Shown here: piece after piece, positions 11,976 through 26,083 of the stretch | How positions within the stretch are numbered: the first letter of the stretch is position 1 | Layout of the letters: each line of letters starts with the position of its first letter | Origin: Mobula hypostoma | Taxonomy: Eukaryota | DNA length: 64,000 nucleotides | NCBI RefSeq assembly: GCF_963921235.1 | Contig: NC_086101.1 | Coordinates: 36,704,001 to 36,768,000, forward strand | Reading direction: 5' to 3' | Made by a program: the position numbers and the translations under genes | Notes under the pieces: generated by a model | The model's database searches: none | Seen by the model: only the letters and a program-made list of their open reading frames with translations | What the model was told of the DNA's origin: nothing

Positions 11976-14214
11976 AAAATTGATACCTGTACTGGCTAGA
12001 AGCTTGAGAAGAGTTTATTCATCATAGATGCCGGGAAAGAAAGCACTCGATCCTTTTTCATTAACTCTGTTTATTTCTCTGTGGATGCTGGCTGACCTAT
12101 TGAGCAGTTCCTGCATTTAATTTTACTTCAAAGCATTTACTTATCTTACTGTTCTTGCCAATGATGGCCCTCTACCTAACAGGAGGAGTTAATTTATCCC
12201 AATGACACTCCATCGGTCTTGACAGGAAGTTATTCAGTTAATCTCATTATCCTGCTCTTTCCTCGCATCTTTGGAATCCCTTCTCCTTTAAATATTTATC
12301 CAATTTCTTCTTGAGGGCTTCCAGTCATTCTGTCAGGCAATGTATCTCAACTCTCACCCTGCACAGTGTAGGATCTTCTCATCTCCCCTCTGATTCTTTT
12401 GCTAATTACCTTAACTTTGTGACCTCTGATGGTTGAGTGTTCTGTCACTGGAAATAGTTCTTCCTCATTAAGTCTTTACAACTCCTTCATTGACTTTGAA
12501 ACCCATCCATCACATCCCATCTTAAACTTTCTATTCCAGAGGAACAGTACAGCACAGACCCCTTGGCCCATGATGTTGTAAGCGTGATGTTGATGACCTA
12601 TATAAAGCTGCTTCATGAGCAATCTAACCCTGCCCTCCTACACAAGCTACAACCTTCCATTTTGCTTACACCCATGCACGCATCTAATGGTCCTAATGTA
12701 TCTGCCTGTACCACCACTCCCAGCAGTGCATTTCCTAGAGTGATTTTTGGGTTTAGGACATATACATTTAGCAACTGACTGACTATCAGTCTTCACACCT
12801 GAAAATGTACTGTGGATTTAATTTGGAGTGCAGCTCTGAACAATGGTTTCTAAAAGCTGGGAATCCCAGTCTAGAGGATGTTGATTAAAAATCATTTGGA
12901 TGTCTGTGGTGTGGATGCGAATCAGGAGGTGTGAAGGTTGTACGTTAGTTTCAAAGAAAGCATTGTCCATACATTGTAAATATGGTGTTGACCTTTGATG
13001 TTTGGCACATACAATATCGAGCCCCATGTTGGGTTAGCGAGACCTTTCCACTGAAAACCTCTCCATATGATGCCTGCTGCGCCTTGTTTTGTTGAATAAA
13101 GAAGCTGCTTTTTATCTGCCAGTAATGTTCTCTGGTGACTTCATTCACGCAACAACACATTCCAGTCATCTGTGTAAAAAAAAAATCTACCTGTGACATC
13201 TCCCCTATACTTCAATCACTCAGTTAAATGGTATCCTCTGGTATTGGTCATTGCCACCCAGGGAAAAAGATGTTGGTAGCCTCTTCTATATGTGCCTCTC
13301 ATAATCTTATGCAACTCATCAAGTCACCTGTCACCCGCCTTCATTCCATGCCTTGCTCAGCCTTTCCTCACCCCCACTTGGAGTGCGATCCCAGATGAAG
13401 CTGAGGAGGTGGGTACAATTACAATGCTTAAGAAGCATTTGGGCAGGCTCATGGGTAGAAAATTCCCAGAGATGCCTGGGCTAAATGCAGGCAAATGGAA
13501 TTGGCTAGGATAGATATCCTGGACAGCATGGATGAGTTGAGCTGAAGGACCTGCTTCCATGTTCTAACTCTACGACTCTATGACTAGCAACCGCCCCCCC
13601 CACAACTCCAGAAACCATTCTAACAATTTGCCTCTGCACTCTTGCCATGACTTCAACATCCATTCTGAGGTGGTCACTAGAACTGGATACAATACATCAC
13701 TTGGAGGTGACCATCTGATTCATCATACTCAGCAGAATCTCCAGGCATTTGAATTTTTTTTTTCAATAAACCCCAGTATCCAATTGCTTGTAAACAATCC
13801 AGGTTTCAATTCTCATATCACTCTGCACACAAGTGATGCCTGATTGTAAATTTGTAGATTTGGATTATGGAAACCGGCCCTCAGGGAATTGGCAAATTAT
13901 GACCCAAAAATCCAAGATGTGGAATAAAATTCACACATGTATGGGGAAATTAGTGAGGAATTAAATAAATAAATACTAAAACCAAAAGAAATAACAAATG
14001 TTGCCTTTTTTTTTCTTTTCAACTCATATTTATTGACATATGCGCAGATAACATGGCTGTTAATTTAGCGCGATATGTTTATTTTGCTCCACTGCAGTTA
14101 TTTTTTCAACTCTCTACCACATCATTAACTTGAAGGATGTCTGAAACAGGGCCGGCGAGTCTAAGCACAAGTTATGAATCTAAGTGGCAATGTAGGGGGA
14201 AAAACTTGATATTT

Positions 14215-14510
14215 TACAAAGCAACAGACACAAACTGCTGGAGGAACTTGGCAGGGCAGGCAGCGTCTACAGAAATAAATAAACAGTCAACATTTCAGGC
14301 CAAGACTCTTCTTCAGGACTAGAAGGGCAAGGGGAAGGCGCTAGAATAAAAAGGTGGGGGGAGGCAAAGGAGAATAGCTCGAAGGTGATAGGTGAAGCCA
14401 GTTGGGTAGAAAAGATAAAGGGCCGGAGAGGGAAGGAGAGTGGACTGTAGGAGAAAGGAAAGGAGGAGGGGACCCGGGGGGAGGTAGACAGGCTGGTGAG
14501 AAGATATTTG
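14215..14510 (-). mobile_element. Degenerate PLE family-A-type pLTR
   Basis: tgctggaggaact…gcaggcagc…tttcaggccaagactcttcttcaggact followed by a purine-rich tract. Confidence 0.7.
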
Positions 14511-14914
14511 ACAAATGTTGACATTAGAGGATAACTTTGTGCCATTTCTAAAGTTGTGGGACGTTGCAGTATCTGCAAACACTTGTGTCTTGAAACACAG
14601 CTGCTGGCCCTTTAAGAGATTTGCTTTGGAAAACTGACAAGGCAAGTTATTAAGTGGCTCCCCACAACGAGCCAGAAGCTCTGGCACTATCATTACTGTT
14701 AAGAAAAAGAATTGTGTTGAAACACATCTCTTCTTATAACACAGGAACACAGGATTCAATGGGAAATAGAATATTGTGCTGCAGAAAATTGAAATATAAA
14801 TGGAAACACAAATGCTCTATTATGCAAAATCGGAGGGGAGCCCTGATTGAAGTTTATAAAATGATGAGAGGCAGTCCAAGATTTTTCCCAGGATAGAAAT
14901 GTCAAATACTAAAG

Positions 14915-15224
14915 CATCCGTTAGTCTTGCGAGACCATGGATCTGCACCTGGCAAGTCTTCACTCTCTAGGGCGCAGGCCTGGGCAAGGTTTTATGGAAG
15001 ACCAACAGCTGCCCATGCTGCAAGTCTCCCCTTTCCACGACACCGATGTTGTCCAAGGGAAGGGCATTAGGACTCATACAGCTTGGCACCAGTGTCATCG
15101 CAGAGCAATGTGTGATTAAGTGCCTTGCTCAAGGACACAACACATTTCCTCGGCTGGGGCTCGAACTCACAACCTTCAGGTTGCTAGTTCAATGCCTTAA
15201 CCACTTGGCCACGTGCCACACAAT
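14915..15224 (-). mobile_element. tRNA-derived SINE with CORE-like body, inserted in a CR1 fragment
   Basis: Minus strand has A box TGGCCAAGTGG, B box GTTCGAGCC and CORE-like tgtgtccttgagcaaggcacttaa. 10-bp TSD aatactaaag (14905-14914 / 15225-15234). Second copy at 45899-46211. Confidence 0.85.
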
Positions 15225-16594
15225 AATACTAAAGAACATGCACTTAAGATGAAAATGGGAAAAGATGTGTGGGCAAGATTTTTTATGTAGAGAGTGGTGG
15301 GTGCCTGGAACAGGGGTGGTGGTGGAAGCCGATATGACAGTGGTGTTTAACAGGCTGTTAAATAGACACATGAATATGCAGGGGATGGCGGATTATGGGT
15401 CACGGGAAGGCAGAAAAGCTTTAGTTTAATATAGCATGGTGTTCGGTGCAAACATTGTGGGCTGAAGGGCTTATTCCTGCACTACACTGTACTTTGTTGT
15501 ATGCTTCTCAGGTGTGACACAGCCTCAGTTATCAAAGAGAAAGCTTATCTGTCCAATTAACTGAAGTCTTTCACAAACCTTTAATCTTTCTCTGGTGGAT
15601 AACAAGTTGCAGGATGTGGTGAGCTGGAGGCTCTAGTACAAGACATTTTCCAGATTCTACTAATGCAGAAGGTGCATTTAGTAGGAATTCTATGAGCAAT
15701 GGGAGAGAAGCCTCCCATTCCTTATCACTCTTTCTGGTGTTTTCCTGATTATTTCTGAGCAAGTTTTGCTCCAAAGTTCAATCACTGCTTCTTAAAAACA
15801 ATCTGATCACTTATCTCACTGTCATCTGCAAGAGTTTGCTGTACACAAGCTTGGCAGCTGCTCTTCTTGCATTAATGACTGGAGGAAAACTTCAATAAGA
15901 ACTTGTTTCATTACAAAACAATTTCAGACATCCTGGGCATACGAACGTGTTTTACTGAGAACTTTTCTGAGATGGCAACGCAGAGAGATGTCATGCAAAC
16001 ATTTATAATACACATTCTCATCTTCCCATTTTCACACTCTTCCCAATCCACAATCTTAATGGAATTCTTCCTTTTCACCTCTGCTTGGGAATGGGATGAA
16101 TTGAAACATTGGATAAAAAATAAAGCTGTTGGAAATTTTACGCTAAAGCAGAAACCATGGGAAACACTCAGCAGGGCAGACAGGATCTGTAGAGGGAGAA
16201 CCAGAGCTAATATTTCAGGACATCAGAACTGAGAAAAAGAGAAACAAAAGTTAGTTTTAAGTTGCAGTGAATGTGGCGAGAGGGAGAGGTAGATAGGACA
16301 AAGGAATATTGGTGCAACTAGAAAACGTGTGTAAGGAGGTTCTATTTGTTACCAGATATATGATCTATTGAATAATCAATTACATATCCACCAGATCACT
16401 GATAGGGTGATTTTACAGATCTAAGTGAAGTTCAGCTATTAAGAACCCCTGGTTCATATGATCTTCAAGGTGTTGATTCACACCATCATTTAAGCCAGTG
16501 AGCCTGAAAGCACTGTAGGGCTCACAGAATCTATTTTATAGCAAAATGGTCTGTTTACTCAGCAGTGCTCTAGAGCAATGATCCAAAGACTCTA

Positions 16595-18150
16595 GAACAT
16601 GATATAAACAGTACAGAGTCTATTTAAACAGTATACAACATCAAACAGTTGATAGACACTAATTAAATTGTACACCATTGCAAACAGTTGATAGAATCTA
16701 TTTAAACACGACACCACAGCAAACAGTCTACAGAATCTATTTAAACACGACACTACAGCAAACAGTCTACAGAATCTATTTAAACACGACACTACAGCAA
16801 ACAGTCTACAGAATCTATTTAAACACGACACTACAGCAAACAGTCTACAGAATCTATTTAAATATGACACCACAGCAAACAGTCTACAGAATCTATTTAA
16901 GCACGACACCACAGCAAACAGTCTACAGAATCTATTTAAACACGACACTACAGCAAACAGTCTACAGAATCTATTTAAATATGACACCACAGCAAACAGT
17001 CTACAGGATCTATTTAAACACTACACCACAGCAAACAGTCTATAGAATCTATTTAAACACTACACCACAGCAAACAGTCTGCACAAAATCTATTTAAACA
17101 TGACACCACAGCAAACAGTCCATAGAATGTATTTAAACACTACACCACAGCAAACAGTCTACAGAATCTATTTAAGCACGACACTACAGCAAACAGTCTA
17201 CAGAATCAGTTTAAATATGACACCACAGCAAACAGTCTACAGAATCTTGTTAAATACGACACCACAGCAGTCTACAGAATCTATTTAAGCACGACACCAC
17301 AGCAAACAGTCTACAGAATCTATTTAAGCACGACACCACAGCAAACAGTCTACAGAATCTATTTAAATATGACACCACAGCAAACAGTCTACAGAATCTA
17401 GTTAAATACGACACCACAGCAAACAGTCTACAGAATCTATTTAAGCACGACACCACAGCAAAGTCTACAGAATCTATTTAAATATGACACCACAGCAAAC
17501 AGTCTACAGAATCTAGTTAAATACGACACCACAGCAAACAGTCTACAGAATCTATTTAAGCACGACACCACAGCAAACAGTCTACAGAATCTATTTAAGC
17601 ATGACATCACAGCAAACAGTCTACAGAATCTAGTTAAATACGACACCACAGCAAACAGTCTACAGAATCTATTTAAGCACAACACCACAGCAAACAGTCT
17701 ACAGAATCTATTTAAGCATGACATCACAGCAAACAGTCTACAGAATCTAGTTAAATACGACACCACAGCAAACAGTCTACAGAATCTATTTAAGCACAAC
17801 ACCACAGCAAACAGTCTACAGAATCTATTTAAGCATGACATCACAGCAAACAGTCTACAGAATCTAGTTAAACACGACACCACAGCAAACAGTCCATAGA
17901 ATGTATTTAAACATGACATCACAGCAAACAGTCTACAGAATCTATTTAAACATGACATCACAGCAAACAGTCTATAGAATCTATTTAAACAGTATATCAC
18001 AGCAAACAGTCTGCAGATTCTATTTCATCACTATGCATTACCTACAGAACATATTACAAACAGTACACAGGATCTATTTAAATAGCAAGCCGCTACAAAC
18101 GGTCTACAGGATCTATTTTAACAGTACACCAGTTCAAACAGTTGACAGTG
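16595..18150. repeat. 39-bp minisatellite, about 40 copies
   Basis: Unit cagcaaacagtctacagaatctatttaaacacgacacca, homogeneous in the centre and degenerate at the edges. Confidence 0.97.
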
Positions 18151-18420
18151 TCAGAGAAAAATAGAGTCTAGTAATACCTAACAACTTCTCTCAAATGGAA
18201 CAGAATGGTTTCTCTATCAAATTTCTGTGAAAGGAGAATAATTATGCAATGCAAATCACTTGCATAAAATTAACTGGAGAAAATTACAGCACCCCTGGAA
18301 GGCAATTATGAAGAAATCATCTCAATCTCCTGTCGTAACAGTCTCCTCAAATGCACTGAAAAAAGTTAGATCCAAATTCAACCTTAATAAGATCAAGGAA
18401 ATGCCCATTTTAACCCTTTA

Positions 18421-18673
18421 ATTTTTTTAGCCAGAGGGTGGTGAATCTATGGAATTTGTTGCCACGGTCAGCAGTGGAGGCCAAGTGATTGGGTGTATTT
18501 AAGGCAGAGATTGATAAGTATCTGAGTAGCCAGGGCATCAAAGGTTATGGTGAGAAGGCAGGGGATTGGGACTAAATGGGAGAATGGATCAGCTCATGAT
18601 AAAATGGCGGAGCAGACTCGATGGGCCGAATGGCCAACTTCTGCTCCTTTGTCTTATGGTCTTATGGTCTTAT
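18421..18673 (+). mobile_element. CR1 LINE 3' end
   Basis: Encodes FFSQRVVNLWNLLP and ends in a (tcttatgg)n tail; a near-identical inverted copy lies at 50997-51226. Confidence 0.9.
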
Positions 18674-21600
18674 GAATGTTATATGCAGCAGCAGACTGAT
18701 AACATTTTAGATTTCATTTTGACTTTGTGAAAATAACATTCACTTTGGATATAGGTCACACTTTTTCGTTATGATAAAACGTCTGTGTAAATGCAAATTA
18801 GTGAGTTTGCTACATCCAATATAGTTAAATTAATGCAATGACTTACATATTTTACAAGGTTTGACAAGCTGGATGCAGGGAGGATAATTCCTGAGGCCGA
18901 GGAGTCTAGGACCAGGGATCTCAGGATAAGGGTTAGGCTACGCCTTCACACAGAGGGTGGTGAATCTTTGGAATTCTCTGCTCTGAAGGTTGAGGAAGCT
19001 CAGATATGGTTTGTTCTAAACAGGGATGGGTGGATTTCTGTATAATAAAAAAGACTTATGGAGATATTGTGGGAAAAGGTGTTGAGGTAGATGAGCCATG
19101 ACATCTAATGGAGGACAGAAATTTTGGAGGAGCCACTTGGCCTGATCCTGCTGCTTCACTCTAGGTTCTTGTGTTCTGTTCTGATATCTGTACAAGTAAA
19201 GGGCACACATTAGCAGTCACAGAAAAATTCCAGTGCAGATCATTGAAACAATTAGAATGAGGGTGAAAAAGCACTGGTATTCGAATAAGGTCAGACTGAT
19301 GAAAAGATAGAGAGAATTAAATGAATTTTGAGTCAAATATGATCTTATCTGTAGCACGTTAGAATTGAGTCTGCGGATTCTGATTGGTACATTGAACTTC
19401 TGCTGCTCCAGCACAGAAACCAAATCATACAAAGAGATTGAACTGATTGCAATGTTAGAAGAGAGAAGCTTCAGACCTTGTTCACCCTCGTTGTCATCTG
19501 TGGCATCCAAACCCCTCACCGCTCAGCATTGGCATCATTTTGCTGCCAGCTATTCCAAGTCTTAAAGCAGTGCAGTAAAGAGTTCTGTACAGAGGTGAGA
19601 ATTTATGTGGTTAATTATGGCTAAAGGTGTTACTTCTGTTATACACTTCTTGTTGGTTTCCTCAGACATCACACATCTGAGGTACTGAATGCAAATCTGG
19701 TCAACAAAGCTTTGTAATAGCTTTAGAAGGACCAGAGGTGTGAAAAATAAGGAGGAGGGTAACGTCAAGAGTGGAAATTACTGGGGATTTATTTTTGGAC
19801 TTGGAGCAGTTTGAGCTGAGATGTGACCTATAGGAGGTTTGATTGGGTAGACACGACATGCCTGAGTTCAAACGTAGATGTCTTTGACTTTAGATAACAA
19901 TTGTTAATAATTTTTCCAGAAAATTCACTGCTTTCCATTGAGAGTAAGGAGACTGTGGATCTCATTTTCAGGGGAGGTGAAGAGCAGAGAGGGGCTTAAG
20001 GGGGATGCTGGATAAACACACAAAGGAGAGAGGGTCAGATGGAGATGGGATGGGGACAGATAGAGATGGGATGGGGAAAGATGCAGGGTGAGGCGGGGGG
20101 AAGGGGGGAAGGACTGAGCAAGGAGCTGGGGCCTTTCTTTTATTTTATACTGTTTATTGTGAATGTAATTTTGCCTGACCCCTTCTGGATTATGCATGGC
20201 AAGTGGGCAGAGACATTTACAAGCCCGATGGGTGTTCAGCCGTCAGAAGGCGCACGTGGTTTAGATCATGCCGGTGAGCAGTGTGCGTGCTTGGGTAAAA
20301 GAGACTAACATGAGCTGAGAGAAGGGCTGGAAGGCAAGTCCCAAGTGGGTGGATGGGAAGATGCGGTGATGCATTGTCAGCAATTTAAAAGTGTGATATT
20401 TCTGTACGATGTGCAGTAATGTTCTGACTGATGAATTGTCAGGATGCACTCTGAACTGATACACTTTGGCAAAATCCTCACAGTCTTTCCTCTCCTACTC
20501 TCCATGATTCTCCCCGGACCCAAAGCTACTTTCTCCCCCTATTTGACCCTCACTGCTTTTCGCTTGCCAAGACACCAGAAATCCTGTACCCTACCACCCC
20601 TCTAAACATATCTAAACCCACCTCTTTGGTCACTCCTAGTTTGGAGTTCATTTATGATTTCTGGGTAGAGGAGTTGAGGCATCATGTTACAGCTGGTCAG
20701 AGCACACTTGAGGTACTGTGGCCATGCCATAGAAAGGATGTGATTAAGCTAGGGAGGGTACTGAAAAGATTCATGTTGCCTGGACTAGGGGGCTAATGTT
20801 ATAAGGAGAGACTGGACAGACTGGAACTATTTTACCTGGAGCAAAGGAGGCTGGGGAGGATACATTACAGAGGTTTATTAAACCATGAAGAGCATTGATA
20901 GAGTAGATAGTTTAAAGGGTAGCGAGTTTAAAACTAGAACATAGGTTTAAGGTGCAGGGAAAGATTTAAAAGGGTGCTGAGAGGCAAGCTTTTAACACAG
21001 AGGGTGGTGGGCATATGGCAGAGGTGGGTACTAATACAGTATTTAAAATATATTTGGGATAGATGCATAGATAGGAGAGGATTAAAGGGATATGGGCTAA
21101 ACACATAAAAATGGGAACTTTCTGGTGCTGTATTATCCAGAGTTCAAACACCATCCATCTACATGAATCGTACACAGTTCAGTTAATCATCTGCTCTGCA
21201 CTGGTGAGACATAATCCCTTTGCTTGATAGTCTCTATTCCCTCTATGTATATCTACTGAGACACACTTCCCTATTCTGTACTATTGTATACAGGCTAATT
21301 AGGGTTAGTTGATCTGGGAATAACACGCTGAAATTGTACAATATTTTTATGCATTGTGTAGAAAATATTAATAGTTATAAAAAAAGATTCATGTCGCAAT
21401 TTTCATGATTACAGCTGATGAAATATTTTAAAGCTCTTTACAGCTGATGGGATATTTTAGAAGTGCAATCACTATTGGGATGTTGGAACCACGGTATCCA
21501 GTTTGTGCACAGGAAGCTCCCACGAACAGCAGAGATAATGATCAGAATCCATGATGTTGCTACTTGGATAAATATTGAGCCAGGCTCCAGAAAGGATTCC

Positions 21601-23559
21601 AGAACTTTATCACATGATTATTTACAATTACCTGAGCCTAAATTTTCTCAATTTGGCATCTCATCCAAGGACAACCCTCTTAAGGTGCAGCTTTGCCTCA
21701 GGAATATCAGCCTAGATTATGTGCTCACATTGTTGACTCTACAACTTTCTGTCTGAGTGATGAAAAAGCAAGTGAGATAGCCATGACTCTTCATGATACC
21801 TGTATCATACAATGATATGAGTATTGTAGAGTCCAGCTGTAGCAGCACACTCAGACTGACAATCATTATTTGTGATAAAAACTGGTTTAGGAGTCAGAGA
21901 ACAGTGACATAGAATGATTTGTTGTCTTTTACAAGTTCAAGTACATTTATTATCAAAGAATGTATAAATTATACAATCTTGAGGTTTGCTTGCTCACAGG
22001 TAGCCACAGAGCAAGGAACCCAAAAGAACCCAATTAAAGAAAAAAAAGAATAAAAATAAGTCACCAACACCCGATGTGCAAGAGGAAGAGAAAAAAACAA
22101 ATCATGCAAACAATTGAAGCAAACAGCAACATTCCGAACCAGATTGAGTCCTCAGATCCAAAATGAGCTGCTTGATATTAAAAGAATAAAATGCATTTTC
22201 CCATGGATCAGTCATCTGGCAACTTCAGAAAGCCCGAGTTTGATGCAGATGTCTGTCAACCAGTCAACTAACTAGATAAGAGATCCCAAGCATGAACTCA
22301 AGCATCTCAATCACACAAGGAAAATGAAGTCAAAGAGCATGGAGTCATTCAGCATGGAAAGAGGCTCTTCAGGCCAACTTGTCCATGGTGACCACTGAGC
22401 TAGTCCTATCTGCCCTTATTTGGACCACAGCCCTCCAAACCCTCCTATCCATGTACTTGATGGATATCCATATGTCCTGGAGCCTCCCATCTTTCAATGG
22501 AATTCTCAGCAATACGTCTCAGCTGACTTCCACTGATTTCAGAAACGTTACATTCCTGTCTATATCTTTTTTTCCAGAGAGGTTGTTATCGACTGTTACC
22601 TGACTGGATTAGTGCCATCTTTTCAATTCTGTTAACTCTGCATCAAGTCATAAATTTGTAAGATGCTTTAAATATTCTCCTTTAAATCAAAAGAAAATTT
22701 AAGTAGCATAAAATTTCTCCGCACTGCACTAAATATTCACTTGACAGATTCTTGACATTGCATTCAGTTCAACATGGACTCCAGGTTGTGTGATCACTCT
22801 ATGTCCTCATACAAACCCCTCCTTTACCTGAGCACAGACTCTGCACCACCAGTAATTGCTTCCTGTTCAGCAATTTGTAGAAGGCTTTCTAATGATCCAA
22901 AAACTGTTGCTGACAGGTACTACTTTAACTACTTTCTAAAACTGAAGGAGATAGCATAAATGTTAAAATTCTAAATTGTACCTTATCTAGTTTTCAGAAC
23001 GAGAACATACTCACACCACCTTCAGAACTGACTAAATCCTTGCTAGCATTACACTTCATTTAAGTGGCACCTGTGTGACCATTTCTCCCTGTGGAAGCCT
23101 TATGAATTAACTTAAGTCAGTTCTCTTTGGTAATTGCTCTTACTGCTATTAGAAAGAATTTTCCATATTTAATCTATTCAATTTTATGAACCTCATTATT
23201 AAACATCCCCTTATCAAGAACATAAGAAAATAGGAAGAGGAGGAGGCCACTCAGCCCCTCAAGCCTGCCCCTACCATTCAATATGATCGTGGATGATCAA
23301 CACTGACCTCAATTTCTCCTCTATTTCAGGTTCCCATAACCCTCAGCTCCTTTAAAATATTTATCTCTCTCCACCATAAGTATATCTAATAATCTGATCT
23401 CCACCACCTTCAGGAGCAGAAGGAGGATATTTCTGTACAACTCAGGTTTTCATTATTTTGCAATTATTTCTCCTGCCGATGACCTTCCCATGAGTGGAAG
23501 CAGTTCTACAGCTTTCAAAATTTAAAGTAAATTAATTATCAATGTACGTATGTGTCACC

Positions 23560-23834
23560 AACGGTGAAGAAGAGAAAGCTGAGACGGTATGGCCACGTAA
23601 CAAGATCCAGTGGCCTTGCAAAGACCGTTCTACAAGGAATTGTGGAGGGGAAAAGAAGGAGAGGTAGAGAGAGGAAAAGATGGAGGGACAACATTAAAGA
23701 ATGGACAGGGAAAACACTTGCGGTGACCCAGGCTCTGGCACACAACTGTGACAGATGGAACAGACTGGTGCAAAGCTTGTCATGACAGCACCCCGACGAC
23801 TCCACCAGGAGTTAAAGGCGCAAGGAAGGAAGGA
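23560..23834 (+). mobile_element. RTE/RTE-X clade LINE 3' end
   Basis: VKKRKLRRYGHVTRSSGLAKTVLQGIVEGKRRRGRERKRWRDNI, a (ggaa)n tail and an 11-bp TSD tatgtgtcacc (23549-23559 / 23835-23845). Confidence 0.88.
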
Positions 23835-24710
23835 TATGTGTCACCGTATACAATCCTGAGATTCATTTTCTTGTGGGCATACGTAGTAAATCCAAGAAAC
23901 ACAATAGAATCAATGAGCCACACCCAACAGGACGGACAAACAACCAATGTGCAAAAGACAACAAACTGCAAAGACAAGAGAGAAAAAAAGCAATAAATGT
24001 CAGTTTTAATAAATCTTATCCTGTCAAGTGTCATTACAATCTTATAATTTTCAGCACGGTCACCCCCCCCCCCTTAACTTCAAGGAATACGACTCAAATC
24101 ATTCTGCCTGTCTTGACAGGACAACTCTCTCATCCCAGGAATTAGTCTGGTGAATCTCCTTTGGCTTCTCACATGTTACTCTGTTTTTATCTGGGTAAGG
24201 TACTCAAAATTGTGCACTTGTACAGCCTCACAAACTGTGCAACTATATAAAAAAACCCTCCGATTTATTCAACACCTTTGTAATAAAGGCCAACATGCAT
24301 TTGCCTTCCTAACTACTTTTTGGACATGTCTTCTAACGTTTTGTGATTTCTGCACAAGATCTCTTCAAACTTCACTCATTTGCAGTCTCTTTCCACCTAA
24401 TCTGTCTTTTGGTTCCATTTACCCAAATGTAGGACCTCATATTTTCCCCTATTTAATTTTTCTTGGCAGATTTTCACCCATTCACCCTACCTCCCAGTAC
24501 AAAATCACCAGTCCTCTTTACAATATCTCTTCTCACCTATTTTCAGACCCTTGGCAAAATGGCAAATTTGGAAACCTTCCACTTTATTCCCTCTCCCAGG
24601 TCATTAAAGTAAGTAATAAACAGTTGAAAGTCATGAATCAGTGCTGGAGAAATGCATTTGTTATATCCGTCCTGAAAAAGACCCATTCATTTTGCAGAGG
24701 GCTTTTTTTT

Positions 24711-25670
24711 CAGACTGTTAGCCTGCGACCGGTGGTGTGCTGCAGGGAACTGGTGGTGGCCCCCTCTCTAGTTTGTCATTTACATTAATGATTTGGATGA
24801 GAATGTAGATGGCATGGTTAGGAAGTTGGTGGATGACACCAAAATCAAGAATAGAATGGACAGTGAAGATGGTTGTCTAAGCTTACAACAGGTTTGAGAT
24901 CAATTGGGCAAGTGGACTGAGGGATGGCAAATGGGATTTAACATGAACAAGTGCAAAGTGTTACATTTTTGGAAGTTAAAACAAGGCAGGACTTACATAG
25001 TAAATGGAAGAGGAATAGTGTTGTGGAACAGAAAGAGCTAAGGGTATAAGAACATGGTTCATTGAAAGTGTTGACACAGTTGGAAAGGGTGGCAAAGGAG
25101 GTGCTTGGCACACTTGACTTCGTTGATCAGGGTATTGAGTACAAGGGTTGGGATGTTATGTTACAAGACATTGGTGAGACCACACTTGGAGTACTGTGTG
25201 CAGTTTTGTTCACCCAGCTATAGGAAGGATGTCACTAGACTGGAAAGGGTGCAGAAAAGAATTCCTGGACTGGAATAGTTCCTAGTTATAAGGAGAGGCT
25301 GGAAAGACTGGGTCTTTTTTTCCCTGAAGCATAAAAGACTGGCGGGTGGTCTGATAGGGTTTATAAAATTATGAGGGGCATAGAAAGGGTGAATTGTCAC
25401 TGACCTTTTCCAAGAAAGGGGAGTTTAGTACATCAGCAAGGTTAAGTTTGAAGGGGCAAGTATTTCAGAGGGTGGTGGGTATATGGAATGAGCTGCCCGA
25501 GGAAGTGGTAAGAGCGGATACAACTGCTATGTTTAAAGGGTATTTAGACAGGTACCTGGATAGGAAAAGCTTAGAGGGACGTAAGCAGGCATATGGGACT
25601 AGCCCAGGTGGGCATCTGGTTAGTTTTGATGAGTTGGGCTGAGGGGCTGTTTCCATGCTGAAAAACTCTA
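24711..25670 (+). mobile_element. Degraded CR1 LINE (RT and 3' end), nested in an older minus-strand CR1 (about 24000-25800)
   Basis: Degenerate INDLD…[14 protein letters not shown] and QRVVGIWNELP motifs. Confidence 0.8.
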
Positions 25671-26040
25671 CCCCAACTCCCTGTTTTCTATGTGACAACT
25701 AGCTTTTAATCCATGTCAAAGTACCTTTGGACATAGTTTGTACACAGGTTCTTATGTGGCACTTTGTCAAATGCCTTTTGGAAATCTAAAAGCACTGCAG
25801 GTTTCTCTCCATCTCACATCTTCATAGAGTGAACCTTCTCTAAAGTTAGAATAATTGCTGTTTCCCTCCTGTGCAGAGAACAGCCTTCCCTGCTGTAGCT
25901 CCTAAGGACACTGCACTAAATTTCCTTTCAACTCTCATCAATCTCTTGAGCTTGTCTTCTGCCTCTTGAAAGCCCAGGTCATAAAAAAATAAGCTTCTCA
26001 AGTTATGGGTTCTTAGTGAGGAGAGATCATGATGACATTC

Positions 26041-26058
26041 ATTTTGTTTCTTTCACAG
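26041..26058 (+). promoter_or_regulatory. Probable splice acceptor for the GPR183-like coding exon
   Basis: Polypyrimidine tract ttttgtttctttcacAG ending 25 nt upstream of the ATG, which implies a non-coding upstream exon. Confidence 0.7.
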
Positions 26059-26083
26059 AAGAACCACGGCAGTTTAGGGCCAA

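Larger units (their letters stand above)
9947..12058 (+). mobile_element. Penelope-like element, family B, with inverted 5' pLTR/RT segment; interrupted by a Rex1 LINE
   Basis: 14-bp TSD cattaactctgttt (9933-9946 / 12059-12072). Inverted RT fragment FYMEDFEE…FFRYVNCTFVVWPHG (a degenerate RYVDD motif). Forward MEMEKNGCLPFLD and endonuclease remnants. pLTRs are inverted at 9947-10170 and direct at about 11800-12058. Confidence 0.88.

Noticed and set aside
16595-18150. CRISPR-like array or repeat-protein ORFs
   Set aside because: Contiguous tandem units with no unique spacers and no cas genes, in a eukaryotic context. The ORFs arise from a 39-bp unit lacking stops.
19217-19519. 100-aa minus-strand ORF
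   Set aside because: Non-ATG start and no recognisable motifs.
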